From IMG/VR virus record IMGVR_UViG_3300029286_000011: a stretch of DNA of 64,000 bases; one strand, written 5' to 3'. The notes beneath the pieces are model-generated. The model was given only the letters and a program-made list of their open reading frames with translations. It did not search any database and was not told the origin of the DNA. Shown here one piece after another: positions 63,145 through 64,000 of this stretch. Position 1 is the stretch's first letter, and each line of letters begins with the position of its first letter. Both the position numbers and the translations under genes were made by a program. This DNA is from a virus (taxonomy: Duplodnaviria; Caudoviricetes).

Positions 63145-63160
63145 TAATTAGCGCTAATTA
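63145..63160. repeat. 16-bp core palindrome TAATTAGCGCTAATTA (copy 5)
   Basis: Read directly; flanks diverged. Confidence 0.9.
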
Positions 63161-63171
63161 CGTTCGCCAAC

Positions 63172-63216
63172 AAAAATGACCATGACAGGTGCTCCGTCCT
63201 TGGCCCGTCATGGTCA
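63172..63216 (-). terminator. Probable terminator after tRNA-Met
   Basis: TGACCATGAC/GTCATGGTCA stem followed by TTTTT. Confidence 0.6.
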
Positions 63217-63250
63217 ACGTATCCGTACTATTTGGCAGGTCGGCTGCAGG

Positions 63251-63323
63251 TGGCCGTGACCGGACTTGAACCGATAACCTTGAGATTATGAATCTCACGA
63301 GCTGCCAATTGCTCCACACGGCG
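63251..63323 (-). tRNA. tRNA-Met(CAT) with initiator-like body
   Basis: Cloverleaf CGCCGTG TG GAGC..GCTC G TGAGA TTCATAA TCTCA AGGTT ATCGG TTCAAGT CCGGT CACGGCC A; no encoded CCA. Confidence 0.9.
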
Positions 63324-63326
63324 ACA

Positions 63327-63608
63327 TCAGGTCCTGTCTATCTTACGATATACAGGGCCCGTATCCTGTTTATACACGTTGCAACGATGATTCTGCAAGC
63401 GCTGCAGCGCCTCATCACGCGACTTCTCGTCGACATACCACTTGTGCAGTCGCCACTTACGAAGCTGCACAAAACAGCTAGCCGGATTGCAGACCTCTAT
63501 GCCGAATGGCTTTAGGCCACTCTTGGCTGCCTTCTTACGCCAGGTCCTGTCATCGTACGTATCAATTGCCTTGCCATCGGCTCGGTGATAGGGACGACTA
63601 CGTGCCAT
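63327..63608 (-). CDS. Basic hypothetical protein between the tRNAs
   Basis: GGAGAG SD. Confidence 0.55.
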   Translation of the reverse strand: MARSRPYHRADGKAIDTYDDRTWRKKAAKSGLKPFGIEVCNPASCFVQLRKWRLHKWYVDEKSRDEALQRLQNHRCNVYKQDTGPVYRKIDRT

Positions 63609-63639
63609 AGCAGCTCTCCAATGGACTATGAAAAGCCAG

Positions 63640-63711
63640 TACTCTGCACGGGGTTCGAACCCGTATGTTCGGCGTTACAGGCCGATGTCCTGCCTATTGA
63701 ACGAGCAGAGT
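63640..63711 (-). tRNA. tRNA with GTA (Tyr) anticodon and short variable loop
   Basis: ACTCTGC TC GTTC AATAGGCA GGAC A TCGGC CTGTAAC GCCGA ACAT ACGGG TTCGAAC CCCGT GCAGAGT A. Confidence 0.85.
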
Positions 63712-63747
63712 TACCATGCGTTACGTTCAGAACACGAACACAGGAGA

Positions 63748-63981
63748 TTACACGACGCGATTGATTCGGTGCTGGAAGGTGATCGTGGCACCCTGCACCG
63801 TGGGACCGCCTTCGCAGGCGGCGATGTCGAACGTGACCTGTGCCCCGTTGCCGTTGAGCACTTCCTTGCCTGCGTGATCAGCGGCCAGCTTCACGAGCGC
63901 CGTCTTGATGTCCGCAGCGTCCAACGTCACCACCACCGTTGCCTTAGCCCTAGTAAACACTCCTTGAAAAAGATGAAACAA
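63748..63981 (-). CDS. Hypothetical protein (start uncertain)
   Basis: ORF track; strong codon bias in the 3' part. Confidence 0.55.
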   Translation of the reverse strand: MFHLFQGVFTRAKATVVVTLDAADIKTALVKLAADHAGKEVLNGNGAQVTFDIAACEGGPTVQGATITFQHRINRVV

Positions 63982-64000
63982 CGGAAACGGGAAAACACAT

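Noticed and set aside
1849-63160. Palindrome copies as a CRISPR array
   Set aside because: Dispersed over more than 60 kb with no regular spacers and no cas genes.
1-64000. Stop-codon reassignment
   Set aside because: Long genes are intact in code 11, and TAG/TGA end genes at sensible junctions.

Overview
The window is a 64-kb segment of a large lytic tailed phage with a contractile tail. Essentially every real gene is on the minus strand. In transcription order (right to left) it holds: (i) an accessory/early region with two atypical tRNAs, a DUF4419-like gene, a cold-shock-domain gene, a DUF1257/DUF2997/AAA/DUF3150-like module and csrA; (ii) an RmlD-like gene, a holin-like gene, a membrane PAS gene, a 934-aa multi-enzyme nucleic-acid end-repair protein (2H phosphoesterase + P-loop kinase + LigD 3'-phosphoesterase + ATP-dependent ligase) and a GT-D-like glycosyltransferase; (iii) a head cluster with glycine-zipper proteins, a phage multisubunit RNA polymerase (beta fused to the N-half of beta', plus a separate beta' C-half, carrying four LAGLIDADG inteins), prohead protease, scaffold and major capsid; (iv) a 5-kb accessory block in which seven gene leaders carry ACTAGCC and two structured non-coding RNA candidates carry the complementary sequence; (v) LamG, neck, sheath and tube genes and a truncated baseplate-like gene. 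Non-gene patterns include five dispersed copies of the palindrome TAATTAGCGCTAATTA, an 11-mer beside three terminators, and K-x-A motifs at domain boundaries of head proteins, suggesting protease-processed polyproteins packaged in the virion. A Planctomycetota host is my inference from recalled gene-family distributions. All family names come from motif recognition by eye; no database search was run.
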